This document shows positions 26,549-38,041 of a DNA stretch of 64,000 bases, piece after piece. Made by a program: the position numbers and the translations under genes. Source of the DNA: Balanoglossus misakiensis (taxonomy: Eukaryota > Animalia > Hemichordata); NCBI GenBank assembly GCA_040954595.2, contig CM082581.2, forward strand, positions 13,899,921-13,963,920. The letters are read 5' to 3'. Numbering within the stretch: position 1 is the stretch's first letter; every line of letters begins with the position of its first letter. The notes beneath the pieces were generated by a model, which searched no databases, was not told the DNA's origin, and saw only the letters and a list, made by a program, of their open reading frames with translations.

Positions 26549-29500
26549 CGTGTTTCGATAGTGTAGTTATGATTTATAAAATAAACTTTATTTTCGAATA
26601 CCGAGCCTCAGTCCAAGCAAATCTTAGCATTTGGTATGTGCGCCATGGCGCAGGTCGTTTTATCGGCATATTTTATTCGTCGCATTAATGAAAACGTCGT
26701 AAAACCGCATTCAATTACGGCTGAAGTATATTTAACGAATGGCTACATCATGATAAGCAGACAGGTTTGCATATGCAAAACAGGTCGTTAAGAGAATCAT
26801 ACAAGATGTTGAATATTTATCGGACTCAAGGTTGGCCGCGTAGAGACTTATCTCGGAAACATGCCACGGCAGCTTATCTGGAATTCAGTGTGCGTATGAA
26901 AATATCGGACACAAAATCTCTTAAAATCCGAGCAATCAATGAATCTTCCGTCGCGTGTTGACCTCCACGTGACCTGCACGTGATAAAGTATACTTTGCAG
27001 CGCAGAGATGTGACGGTTTTGTTACTAAGTATAATATATTCTAAATTGCGATGTCCCGTTTTGGGGTCCCAGGGAATGTCGGTTTGTAATTACTCGTGTA
27101 CGTCTGTTTTTGAGTGAACACAGACAACTGGTGCAATTAGTGAAAGTGGTATTTGCCGGTGGTATAATTTGCATAATAGGAGTGTGTGTTGACAGACGCG
27201 TTGCCATTTCAGTTGCAACTATGCCTGTTGTGAGCGTCATATAGTACGCAAATTTCAATGCAATGTAACATCAAAGATTACATGACGAAGTCTGCTTGTC
27301 GTCTTCGTTTGTTTGTTTCCTGTGATCCCATGATGGCGGTAGACTCTCTCACATGCACAGCGCCCAGATATTTAGTAATACGAGTCAAATAACCACGGGT
27401 TCTAAATTAAAGCTGCATTTCATTTAGCTAGAAACAAACATTACTCTGTCTAACACACACGGTATCCTCGGTTTTGATTGGTTGTCCTTGGATTGTGTAG
27501 TTGAAGTGGAATCGGGTCGTTGGATCATGGGATATTTTTTCCAGGACTTCGTCTGGGGGCGGTATCATAAATGGTGATAGATGGAAACCCAGCCACTTTA
27601 ATCCTAAAATAACCAAATGATGAGAGGTAGATAAGTCGTTTGCCCGACTATGCGTAGGGTGGAGAAAGTACAATACTGAATTCTTCGGGGATTTTTAAAA
27701 GCTTGAGCAGCGTACCTACCATGCAATGTTGATCGTTTTATTCGAGTACAAGGCATTTCATGTCATTGTGGTCAGTAAGAGATGTGAATCTGCGTGTTAC
27801 TACACCATTGACATGTAAGGAACGTACCAGTACACACAATTAAGGACAGACCGACACACTCCATCATACCCGGATTAAGCCAGTCCGGCTTTGGTGCGAT
27901 GATGTATAGCTTACGTGGCTATACTGATAATTTTCTGTTGACTTGAAACCTGCTGTGAATACATCCTCCACGAATTAAAATGCAATGGTCATGGTAGAAG
28001 GCGGATAGTTTGTCAAAATCAAAAAGGTTGTTTTAACAGTTTCTTCAAGCAGTAATCTTTAATTTGGCTCAGTGCCGTCACGAAGTAATTTAGTGACAAT
28101 GGATCACCAATATTGCGCCACCTACCGGTAATTGTGACAGAAATTTTGTCTTTGCAGTAATCCAGTTGTAGAAGCCATCTGTGCCTATTTTGCTTCTAGA
28201 CGAGAATTGTATTGGTTCGTATTAACAAGTATAAATGGCAGTGTGTAGATAAAATTGACAGAAATGAGGAATACTCAAAATGCGAACGTTTAGTTTTTAT
28301 CCCCAAAGTATGAAGATGCACTTTGCCTGATGAAATGTGTTTCTACAGTCAGAATAAATGTTCGATTGCTTTATTTGTAGTCAATGCTTCGACAGTTACA
28401 TGTATTCACAGGAGACGCAATTTGTGAATAATTCAGGCTTATTTGACGTGTGACTTAATACATGCATGGAGAGCTGTAAGTGGCCCTCACAGTCTCGCCT
28501 AAATCAGGCAAACACAGGGCGTTGACCACTATCAACCAGGGTATTAGCAAGTATCCAAATGGTATTTTCAGATGATAGATGATGTCAACGTAAACACCGA
28601 CCTCGATTAATTTGCGTCACGGAAGGTAGAGCTAATCGCGCGACCAGGTACCATTTGTTACTGTTTCCATGGAAACACCATTTAATAATTAACCATACCC
28701 GACACGCCTTTCACAAATTAAAAGAAAACCCTTGCTCCACAAGCCAGCCCATATTTAGAGTTACGCTTTTGTACTTAGGGGTAATAGTTGCTTATTAATA
28801 TTATTAATAACTGATTGATCATGGTGATCGTACACACTGGTAGATCACAAGGGACTGTAATTATTTCCCTTTCCACTTTTTTAACAAAACACGACTTGTG
28901 TCTAATATGGTCTCATGTTAATGAAACTGCATTCGGAGGGCGACGGGCCTGACCCATGCAGTTATTACCTGTCACAGAAATATGTTTAGCTGTACGTGCT
29001 GTATAGGCAGGTTTTCCCCACCCGAATACCATGAAAATAATAGTTTGAAAAATATCATTATATGTAATGTATTGAAGGAGATATGTTTGTAGTTAAATAT
29101 TTAAAGAAGCACGCCCTTTGCGTCACGTAAGCCAAGCAGTGACATCGCGTAAGGTACGTACACAGACAGAGTCCGAAGCATTCCGCCAAGTCGCGGAAGA
29201 TATCTCGTAAAATCCCGTCAGTGTTTTAACAGTCTTGGAGGAATTCCAGCAACACGCAACATACAGGGGATCATGTTATGCGCCGCAGAGAATGATCATT
29301 CAATACCCGGGAAGGTTATATAATTGCTGTATAGACATGCGCGCATATAAGTGATGCGAGATCACAGTCTCAAACTATAATAGATTAGGCCTGGGCCTAC
29401 GCCATGATTGCACTGTCATGGTCCATTTAGCATGGTCTCCATACCCAGTGTGTTTTAGATAGACACTTGTGTGTTTTGCCATTTGGCCTATAGACGTTTA

Positions 29501-30598
29501 TTACAGTCGTCTATAACAATGTGCTTCAGCATAAATATATGGAACCAAGCTTCCGAACATATATACACTAGTGAATACGAATTTATGCGTTTATACATAA
29601 TACATTTGCATGTAAATTGCGTAAAGGAAACGTACAAGACATGCGCGCCAGTACAATACATGTACATATATAGACACACGTTCGCTGCGTTATAATTGCT
29701 CGCATGCAGACGACGCACACTCGTCGATTTTAATTAGCACAAGCATTACATCTGTCGCATCTTGAATTGGCCTTCTAATCAGTATTATTATGCAAATATT
29801 ATTTGTGTTCGCTGAACTGATTATACATGCCTAAGCCGTAGATCGCTGAAAATATAATAACTACAACTCTGAAATATGATTTTAAAATCGTTTGAACACA
29901 ATACAGTTTTAAAAGCTCTGGTTTATTACAAAAAGAAAAGAAAAGAAAAGAAAGAGGATATGTTGCTCTACAATCAGCAAAATGTACCGATGTCTGTCGA
30001 CTGTTTTGGTGGGAAGTTGAGAAAAAAATATACACCGTATACAATGACACATATCTTCAGCTGCGAAAGGCGTTTATAATAGTCGCTGCTTTACGTTTCG
30101 ACGCAATGACGTGTATAATTGCAAGCAAGCTAGCTGTATGTGATTTTCACGCCATTTTTTTCAGTGCCTCACACGTTTACCTTGATATCCCCAGAACACA
30201 GGCCTCACTGTAGAGGCCTTAGTTAAGGTTCATATTTTGCAGGAAAGTAGGTACGTAACTAGCTATGTTGCAACACAAGCTGAGACTCAAACTAATATTA
30301 CATTTAATAATAATTATTGCTATTAAGTAGGCTATAATTTAGTGCTGGTCCAGAATAATACTTAACTATTATCTATCACTGAAATCGATTTGTTTTAAAA
30401 TTGAAATGGAAAAAATATTGCGTATTCCATAGAAAGGCTTCAGACAGTGATACACATAAGGCGCGATTCACATTAAAAGCTTATAATTAACTGTACTTTG
30501 ATATAAAAATGTCAAAATGATGGCGTAGTCAAGTTCAATAATTAGCGATTGACGATAGACATTGTGGCAGGTTAGCGTTCTGTCGAAATTGATCAATG

Positions 30599-31486
30599 TT
30601 ATTCCTTGTCGCTGAAATCGTCCATGTTCTGGTCGTTGTTCATGAGGCCCACCTCAACCTCTTCATTGACGTTGGCGTACGGAACGGAATAGACACCCCT
30701 GGTTCGTAGACACAGCGAAACGATGCCGTAGATGCCCGACATGACGAATATAGCCGCGGCGATGTGCCAACAGAACGCCATGGTGGAAAACATAACATTC
30801 GCGTGGTTATCTTCATCCCAGTGGGTGTCATCTAGAGGGTACAGCATGATCCCGACCTGCCAGAACCACGTCCCTTGTACCATCGTGAATCCCACGCGTA
30901 TGAATGGCAGCAGTTCGTCATCGCTTTTCCAGACCTCCGCGATGGCGCACAGGGTCGACAGCGCAACGCCGATGACCAGCATGTAGTGGACCGAAATGTC
31001 TAGAGGTGTGCGACCGTGGACGTGAAAGAAAAACAGCAGGCCCTCCACGAAGAAAGCCAGGGCTAAGAACACAGTCTCATATACTTTCAGTCCGAGAACG
31101 CAAGTGCGGGCCATGACAAGCACGGTGCCATAGATCCCGAAGAATAAGTACATCGTGCAATGCTGCCATTCTGCGCCGTTGACAAAGCGATGGCTCGGGT
31201 CGCTCTTCGAGAACATTTCCCACTTTTTATACGGCCACGACTGTTCGGCAATAAAACCAACGATACACATTCCGGCGATGATTCCGCCTTCGATCAACTC
31301 GGCCGATATTCCACGAACCCTGCCTATACGACGCGACCATTTTCCGTTGCCAGACTGCTCCGCCTTTCGCCTGGATGCTGGGTTGCTCCTCTTAAGGATG
31401 AAGCGATAAGAATACTTGATCGTCCACCAAATGGAGAACACTAAGAAGAAACTGCCTGGCAATGCATGTCCTTCGAACGTTCCCAT
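30599..31486 (-). CDS. TMEM45: TMEM45-family (DUF716) multi-pass membrane protein, paralogue 1, intronless CDS, 295 aa
   Basis: Begins MGTFEGHALPGSFF (family N-terminus). Also WQHCTMYLFFG, HVHGRTPLD..VH, QGTWFWQVG and MAFCWH. ATG at 31486. Confidence 0.93.
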   Translation of the reverse strand: MGTFEGHALPGSFFLVFSIWWTIKYSYRFILKRSNPASRRKAEQSGNGKWSRRIGRVRGISAELIEGGIIAGMCIVGFIAEQSWPYKKWEMFSKSDPSHRFVNGAEWQHCTMYLFFGIYGTVLVMARTCVLGLKVYETVFLALAFFVEGLLFFFHVHGRTPLDISVHYMLVIGVALSTLCAIAEVWKSDDELLPFIRVGFTMVQGTWFWQVGIMLYPLDDTHWDEDNHANVMFSTMAFCWHIAAAIFVMSGIYGIVSLCLRTRGVYSVPYANVNEEVEVGLMNNDQNMDDFSDKE

Positions 31487-31660
31487 TTTGATTCGTGTCG
31501 GTCGACGATGCGGTCCTTTGCTTAAGAATGGAGACCCAGTGTGCTGCCGTTTGGGCCTGAACTTGGCAGCAATGCACAATGGTCTGTGTGAACGAACACG
31601 TACGCCCACCTATGTTAAATTACCCAGATTACTTTGCAGCGTCTGACTTCCGCCTCATTG

Positions 31661-31668
31661 TGACGTCA
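31661..31668. promoter_or_regulatory. CRE palindrome in the divergent TMEM45 / CK1-alpha intergenic region
   Basis: TGACGTCA 175 bp upstream of the TMEM45 ATG, next to an ETS-like gacttccg. Confidence 0.35.
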
Positions 31669-32938
31669 TCTGATCATAGCGACACGATAAAAACTTAGAA
31701 CTGGCTGGTACTATAAAACCCGGATATCAGATAATAGTCCCAATATCCTTAACACATCTCGCAGATAGCGAACAGCTTTTTGACAATTTGTAAATCGTTA
31801 ATTTCTCGAGAATTAGCGCGGACTTTTAAAAAATCGCAAAACATTACTCAAAGAGAATCAGGGTACTGTAGGCTAAAACAACTTATTGTCTTGTCGCAAC
31901 TTTTCTCACTGGTACGTTGTCGCGGTATCAGACTATGGCTGGAGAACTTGGAACAGAAAAATCAACTTGAGCATATAAAGTACAGTACGACCTAGCTCTG
32001 CGTACAGGTCTGTGTGTTCCCGGCGTTACACGGAACACACAGACCTGTAAAAAATTCTATGTATCGAGTCCCTTGCCACAGCCAAATCAAATCATGCATT
32101 TCTTTCAAAACGAGGTCAAAAACGCTGAGCGCGAAGTTACCTGTAAATGGAGAATTGAAACTTGTGGGAACAACTAAAGATGGTGGTCCATGCAATATCT
32201 TGCTCTTGGTTAAAAATAGATTGGACCATATTTTCTACTGCCTATGATTGGCAACCCGGAGTCCTCTGGTGGTCACCCTTCATGCATCGTATCGCTCCCA
32301 GCAACGAGCGGAGTGACCTGTTCCAAGGTCACTATGGAGCTGAGTGACCCTGTTTGACCTTGACTCACGCCACTTTGCTTTGTGAAATGCTCACATCCTG
32401 TTTAATACAACCACAGTACAACCCGTAAAAACTATGGCCCACGTTTTCCCCATTCACATGTAATCACGAGTTTGGGTCCTGCATGAGGTCAACTGCAGAT
32501 CAGCCAATCAGCCACAGTTTCCCCGTATAGAGTCAGTAAATTTGAAAAAGGATCGTTTGTTTTGATATTCGCAAATTTTTCACATGATTAGTTTCGCATG
32601 TCCTATGTTGACGGCATAATAAGCTTGCGTTCACAAGCCATGTAATATTATTTATTCATTGTATATTGATAAACTCGCAGTACACAAATAGAACATGACA
32701 TCATTGCTGGACTCCACTGAAACAAGCTAGCATCATGTGCTTATGTGATATGTGTGTCAGGTCATATGTTTATGAAAATAATATGCAAATTTAGACCAGT
32801 AATCGGCGCAGATCAGTTGCGCATAAGATGGGCATTCGTGCTTTCTTCCTGGTTCACACAAGACAAAATTTCATTGAAAGGTTCGCCGCCGTATTCTTCT
32901 TCTCACTCATTTTTCACCAATCTCGTCCTCGGATAATT

Positions 32939-33991
32939 ATGGCTAGTATAGTAACCTCGAAGGACGATATCATTGTTGGAGGAAAGTACAAACTGGTCCG
33001 CAAAATTGGAGCTGGTTCATTCGGCGATATTTATTTGGGAGTGAATATCAACAATGGCGAGGAGGTGGCCGTGAAACTGGAATCGCGCAAAGCTAGACAC
33101 CCTCAGCTATTGTTCGAGAGCAAAATTTACAAAATACTGCAAGGCGGGGTAGGCGTTCCACATATCCGTTGGTACAGTCACGAGAAGGACCATAATGTGC
33201 TAGTCATGGATTTATTGGGACCAAGTCTGGAGGACCTTTTCAATCATTGCTCACGTAGGTTCACACTGAAAACCATCCTAATGCTGGCCGATCAGATGAT
33301 CAATCGAGTCGAGTACGTCCACAACAGGAATTTTATTCACAGGGACGTTAAGCCGGACAACTTCTTGATGGGAATCGGCAGACACTGCAATCAGTTATAC
33401 TTGATCGATTTTGGACTCGCCAAAAAGTACCGCGACAGCCGCTCCAGACAGCATATACCATACCGCGAGGACAAAAACTTGACTGGCACAGCCAGATACG
33501 CAAGTGTAAATGCTCATTTAGGAGTGGAACAAAGTCGAAGGGATGATTTAGAGTCGCTAGGGTACGTGCTAATGTACTTTAACAGGACAAATCTACCATG
33601 GCAAGGGCTGAAGGCAGCAACGAAGAAACAGAAATATGAAAAAATCAAAGAGAAGAAAATGTCCACACCAGTTGAAGTACTGTGCAAAGGTTATCCCGCC
33701 GAGTTCTCGATCTATCTCAATTATTGCCGTGGACTTCGGTTTGAGGAGACGCCTGATTACATGTACCTGCGCCAGCTATTTCGGATTCTTTTCCGAACCC
33801 AGAACTTTCAATACGACTACACATTCGATTGGACTGTGCTGAGACAAAAGCCATCACACCAGTCCGCCAGTACTAGTGGCAGGTTGCCCAAAGGAATAAC
33901 ACAGTCTGCTACCCCAGCAACGGCCGGAGCCACACACCGAAGTCGACATTTCATCTCCAGTCGAGGCCTAGGCGACAAGACAAAACGTTAA
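32939..33991 (+). CDS. CSNK1A1: Casein kinase I alpha-like Ser/Thr kinase, intronless, 350 aa
   Basis: [76 protein letters not shown] and YDYTFDW, all in one uninterrupted ORF. It may be a retrocopy rather than the true orthologue. Confidence 0.95.
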   Translation: MASIVTSKDDIIVGGKYKLVRKIGAGSFGDIYLGVNINNGEEVAVKLESRKARHPQLLFESKIYKILQGGVGVPHIRWYSHEKDHNVLVMDLLGPSLEDLFNHCSRRFTLKTILMLADQMINRVEYVHNRNFIHRDVKPDNFLMGIGRHCNQLYLIDFGLAKKYRDSRSRQHIPYREDKNLTGTARYASVNAHLGVEQSRRDDLESLGYVLMYFNRTNLPWQGLKAATKKQKYEKIKEKKMSTPVEVLCKGYPAEFSIYLNYCRGLRFEETPDYMYLRQLFRILFRTQNFQYDYTFDWTVLRQKPSHQSASTSGRLPKGITQSATPATAGATHRSRHFISSRGLGDKTKR

Positions 33992-34853
33992 ACACTTTCG
34001 GCCAAATCGTTTCGAACCATGGGTGTCAAGTGCTGGTGATGAAAACGCAGCGACTTTAGAATTCGAAACGTAACATGGCGGCCTTCAATTTACATTCTGG
34101 GAGATCAAATTTTCCGACCCGGGGTAACATGATCAGAACGTGCCAGTTCCGAAGGCCGCGCCTGTCCACAGATTGAAACCTGCCATGAAATCGAACAACA
34201 CTCATTAGTATCGACATTGTGAAACATACACTTCTGAAACTGCATCTTCATTTCATAGTTGTTTATACTTGCATTTCACTTTTCCAAGGAAGTTTCTTTT
34301 AGTTTGTTTGATATATAATATTTTGTGGAAGGTCGAATTTTGAGTTGTAAGTTTTATGTTGTCACGGGTATGAACTGCGCTTTAATTTGTTACTGGATAG
34401 CTGACAACGTGGTTTGTCAAATAAGGGTGTTCATTCAAGTGTATTTATATTCATTTGTTAACCTATTGCAAAATTCTTTGACCATATTTCTTGACTTGCA
34501 TTGCATTTCACACCAGAAAGATTGATAAAACTTGGTCTTCCGAGGTCAAATGTCAAGAGGCATGAGCTTACATATCTATTTTGTTTATGGCAAATGAAAA
34601 AAAAAAACATATTTTTCTACTCTTTCGATCTGTTTTTGATGTCAGCAAGTGGGAGTTCACAAGTGTCCATCTCAGAATCTCAGACTGAATGAGTAACGTT
34701 TACATGTTTTTAAGAATGTTGGTGTTTCCTGTCGGTAGTATTTTTTATTTTGTCGTAAAACTAAGAATTATCTCGTCCATTAAAAACATGACATTGTTAA
34801 CTTAGACACATGTACAATCAGAATCAGGTGCGCTTCAGTTTTGTGTTTAAAAT

Positions 34854-34994
34854 TAAAGGTAGAATGCGACTCGAAAATCAGTCTTATTCCCTCATATTTC
34901 CTTTAGATTATGGTTCACCACGCTCTATAATCTAACAAAGAATTGAAAAGTTTGGGGAATATTTTATCTGTTCCCGAGGCGCATACTAACTTTA
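34854..34994. mobile_element. Short MITE-like element with ~20-bp imperfect terminal inverted repeats
   Basis: Left end taaaggtagaatgcgactcg versus reverse complement of right end taaagttagtatgcgcctcg (17/20 match). Starts in a TTAA context; non-coding. Confidence 0.6.
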
Positions 34995-37877
34995 CACCGC
35001 TTAGGCTTATATCAGTCTAGAAAGGATACCAGAGGCAATCGGAAATCCACACTGCAATTGACCGGATATTTTTTACTGCATTGTCGGTCCGCTGATTCAG
35101 ACTGAAACGGTGTTGTTCTTTTATATTGCTTTCCTGGGCAGAAAGACTGAATGTACGTAAGTGCGATGACAGACGAGAAAGAAACTGTCCATGATTGTAT
35201 TCAATTGAATGTAAACCAATGCTTGGTGCAACCTTGAATCATTCCAGGCCAGACACTCTGTAATCTGGGTGCGGATATCCACTTTAATGATGCATGATGG
35301 GTATCTTCGAGGTGACCCGGTGAAACATAAGCTTATAGGGTGATGTTGAGATTTGTGACGAGAACCGTCACGACGCAATATGCTTTTGTTGTTTTTACGA
35401 AAATCGCGCATAAATGCGAGTCGTGTTTTGTATGTGTTACTGGTGATATTAAATCTATTTGTTGCTTAAAAATTTTGTTTGTAAAGGAATTATTTTGTTT
35501 ATGAAAGCGCGGCATGGAAAGTTTTGAAACGACTGCTACCCCCGGGTCAAAATACAACGAGTGGGGGTCTGTCTGGAAAGACAAGCCTTCTGCGCGGATA
35601 TATAGTATGAATAACCGGCCTTTAACAAAGAAACGACGTGTTGATTTTTCAAATTTTTGTCACGCGACAGTGTCTACTGACTCCGACCTTCACAGTGGAG
35701 GAGGGATATTGATCAGATAACTTCATCGAAAATTGTCCGCATTCCTGCAAGAGATTAAAACATTTGCAAGAACTCCGTATAAATCGATTGAACTACTGTA
35801 TTTTGTTTTGTCATGCATGGTAACAGACACTACTGACTGATGAAAACGATTAGACACGACACGACCCGAACAACAACCCCGTCCAAGGACGCGACCCGTG
35901 TTTAAAGCCACTCGACCTCTCCTCGGCTAAAGTTTGCACGGTTGATATTGTAAATAGACGCCGCAAAAGGCGGTGGCCGAGCAAAGTTCTGTTGGGGAAA
36001 CGTGAAACGCGTACGTTCAATGTCAAGTGCTCATCTCCTTGCGCACAGGTACAGAGCAGTGACCCTCAGAACAGCGACCGTCAATTGAGCAAGCCTGCAT
36101 GTTGCGCGTCAACAGGTAGTTACCGGTAGACCCAACTAGGCCCATAGCTCTGCTGGTGGTCTTCTGACGGTCTGTGTCATTTGGACTCTACCCTGTGTTC
36201 AATCTGATTAAACAGAGAGTTTCAAAAGAATATTAGTTCCTTGTTGAAAATAAGGGCATTCTTACATACTGCCGTTTGATGCAATTCAACGTTTTCTGAT
36301 GGTTATATTTTGTCACCAGTTGCAAATTGACATTTCTCATGTTGATATGGTGACAAAGGACCATTTTGCCTGCAGCCATTAAAAATATATATATATATGA
36401 TATGTATGGATATGTATTGTATACGTCCTATGTTCTGTATCGTATTTCACTGTACGAGTGAAGAGAACAGTAACTGGTAGATCGTATTGTTGTAATTGCT
36501 AGACATATACCGATAATAGGCCCATTAGTGGTAAGTTGTAGCAAATATATTCTAATAGTGCGCGTTACTGCAATCAGATAATCTTCGTTTACCATTGTTC
36601 TGGTGAAATTAACGGACTGGCAACATAATCGATTCGGTTACTATTTCCATCAATTTGCCTAACTGATAAGTGGGTTCAAAGTGTGTTTTGAAGTGTATTG
36701 ATATTGACAAGCTTGGGATTTACAGGAAACTTACCTTCGACTGGTCGACTCGGAATGCAATCATAGTATAAAAAAACTGTAATAGTATACCAAAATACCA
36801 CCCAGTCTGACATCGGAAATATGGTTTAGATTTCCTTCGTTTGTGCCTTGGTGATGCAGTGGATTTGATCGAATAAATTCGGGCCTAAAGTTGCGCAGGC
36901 TATGTGTGTAACGACCATTTTCGTGTTCAATTGGCAACTGAATTCTAGAGTCCGTACTTAAATTCTTACTATTTCCACTTTGTTTGCTGAAATCTAACTT
37001 GAATTGTTATCGTCAGTGGTTGCCTGTGGACACAATTATCCCAGGTTTATAGATTTCACAGCGACGCTATCGTACCGAATAAAATCAAAAAGGATGGGCC
37101 ATAGCTAACGGCTAATTTGGACTTTAATGACTCCACTTTTAACTGTCTTGTTTTTGTTTGATTTTTGCCGATAGGAGGCCTACCTATGTCGAAAACTGTA
37201 AGTCGTCATGATCATCTTAGAATCAAGAAAGACCGCAATGACCCGTCGTAGGCCTAGGAAATCAATGATGGTTCCTGGATGTTTCCTCAAATAAAAGCCC
37301 CGGTAACCAGGTAGGTCTGACTTCGATCATTGACCTTTTGCCTATTGTCAATTATAAATGTATGTAGGCCTAGGCCTACCAAGTTGGCAATGTTCTGAAC
37401 AAAAACGCATGTATTCTATCATTATGCAAACTTCAAACGGCGGTACTACCTGCATTACTAATCATTAGTCAGCTGTAGAGTGTTGTTTAGTGTTTATGTG
37501 TAAACACAACTGTGGTACACATGGTGACACAACACAGACAACAGTCAACATCGCGTATAGGAACGTAGGCCCGGCTATTGTGCGCGCGATAAGCAAAAAA
37601 ACATCAACATATCACTGTTCTTTCGCTTTGTCTGATGACAGTTCTGCTAATCTGGGTTTCCCGGAACAATACATATATATTAAAGGTAGCAAAATCCCCT
37701 AATGGTAAAAAAAACTCCAGTGAAAAACACCTATGTACATGTTTGGAATAAAGTAATCGGGGATTTATAGCGCCGAGGTTATATAAAACCTTGCCGGTGA
37801 TTGGTTTATTGACAGTAATCGTGTACTTTTAACCAATGAAAACTCCTGTTTCATTAATATTACATCTTCACCATGTT

Positions 37878-37957
37878 GGGAATAACCCTGAGTAAATTAC
37901 AGTCGGGAATTCCCCGAACTGTCGAACGAATCATGTCTAGCCACATAAAAGCGAAAA
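37878..37957 (+). promoter_or_regulatory. NF-kB and IRF-type motifs upstream of the RLR gene
   Basis: GGGAATTCCC perfect kB palindrome at 37905-37914, kB-like GGGAATAACCC at 37878-37888 and IRF-E-like AAAAGCGAAAA at 37947-37957, all within 165 bp of the ATG. Confidence 0.55.
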
Positions 37958-38041
37958 TGTTGAGGCAGACTTACCCATATCTCGCCAACACGGCACGTCG
38001 GTAACCTGTACGAATATACGCGCCGACAGGAAAGCAAAGAA

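Noticed and set aside
31487-32938. N-terminal extensions of TMEM45 copy 1 (from 31609) and CK1-alpha (from 32828) in the ORF track
   Set aside because: Family homology begins at MGTFEGH (31486) and MASIVTSK (32939). The extensions resemble nothing recognisable, and the TMEM45 one starts at a GTG.
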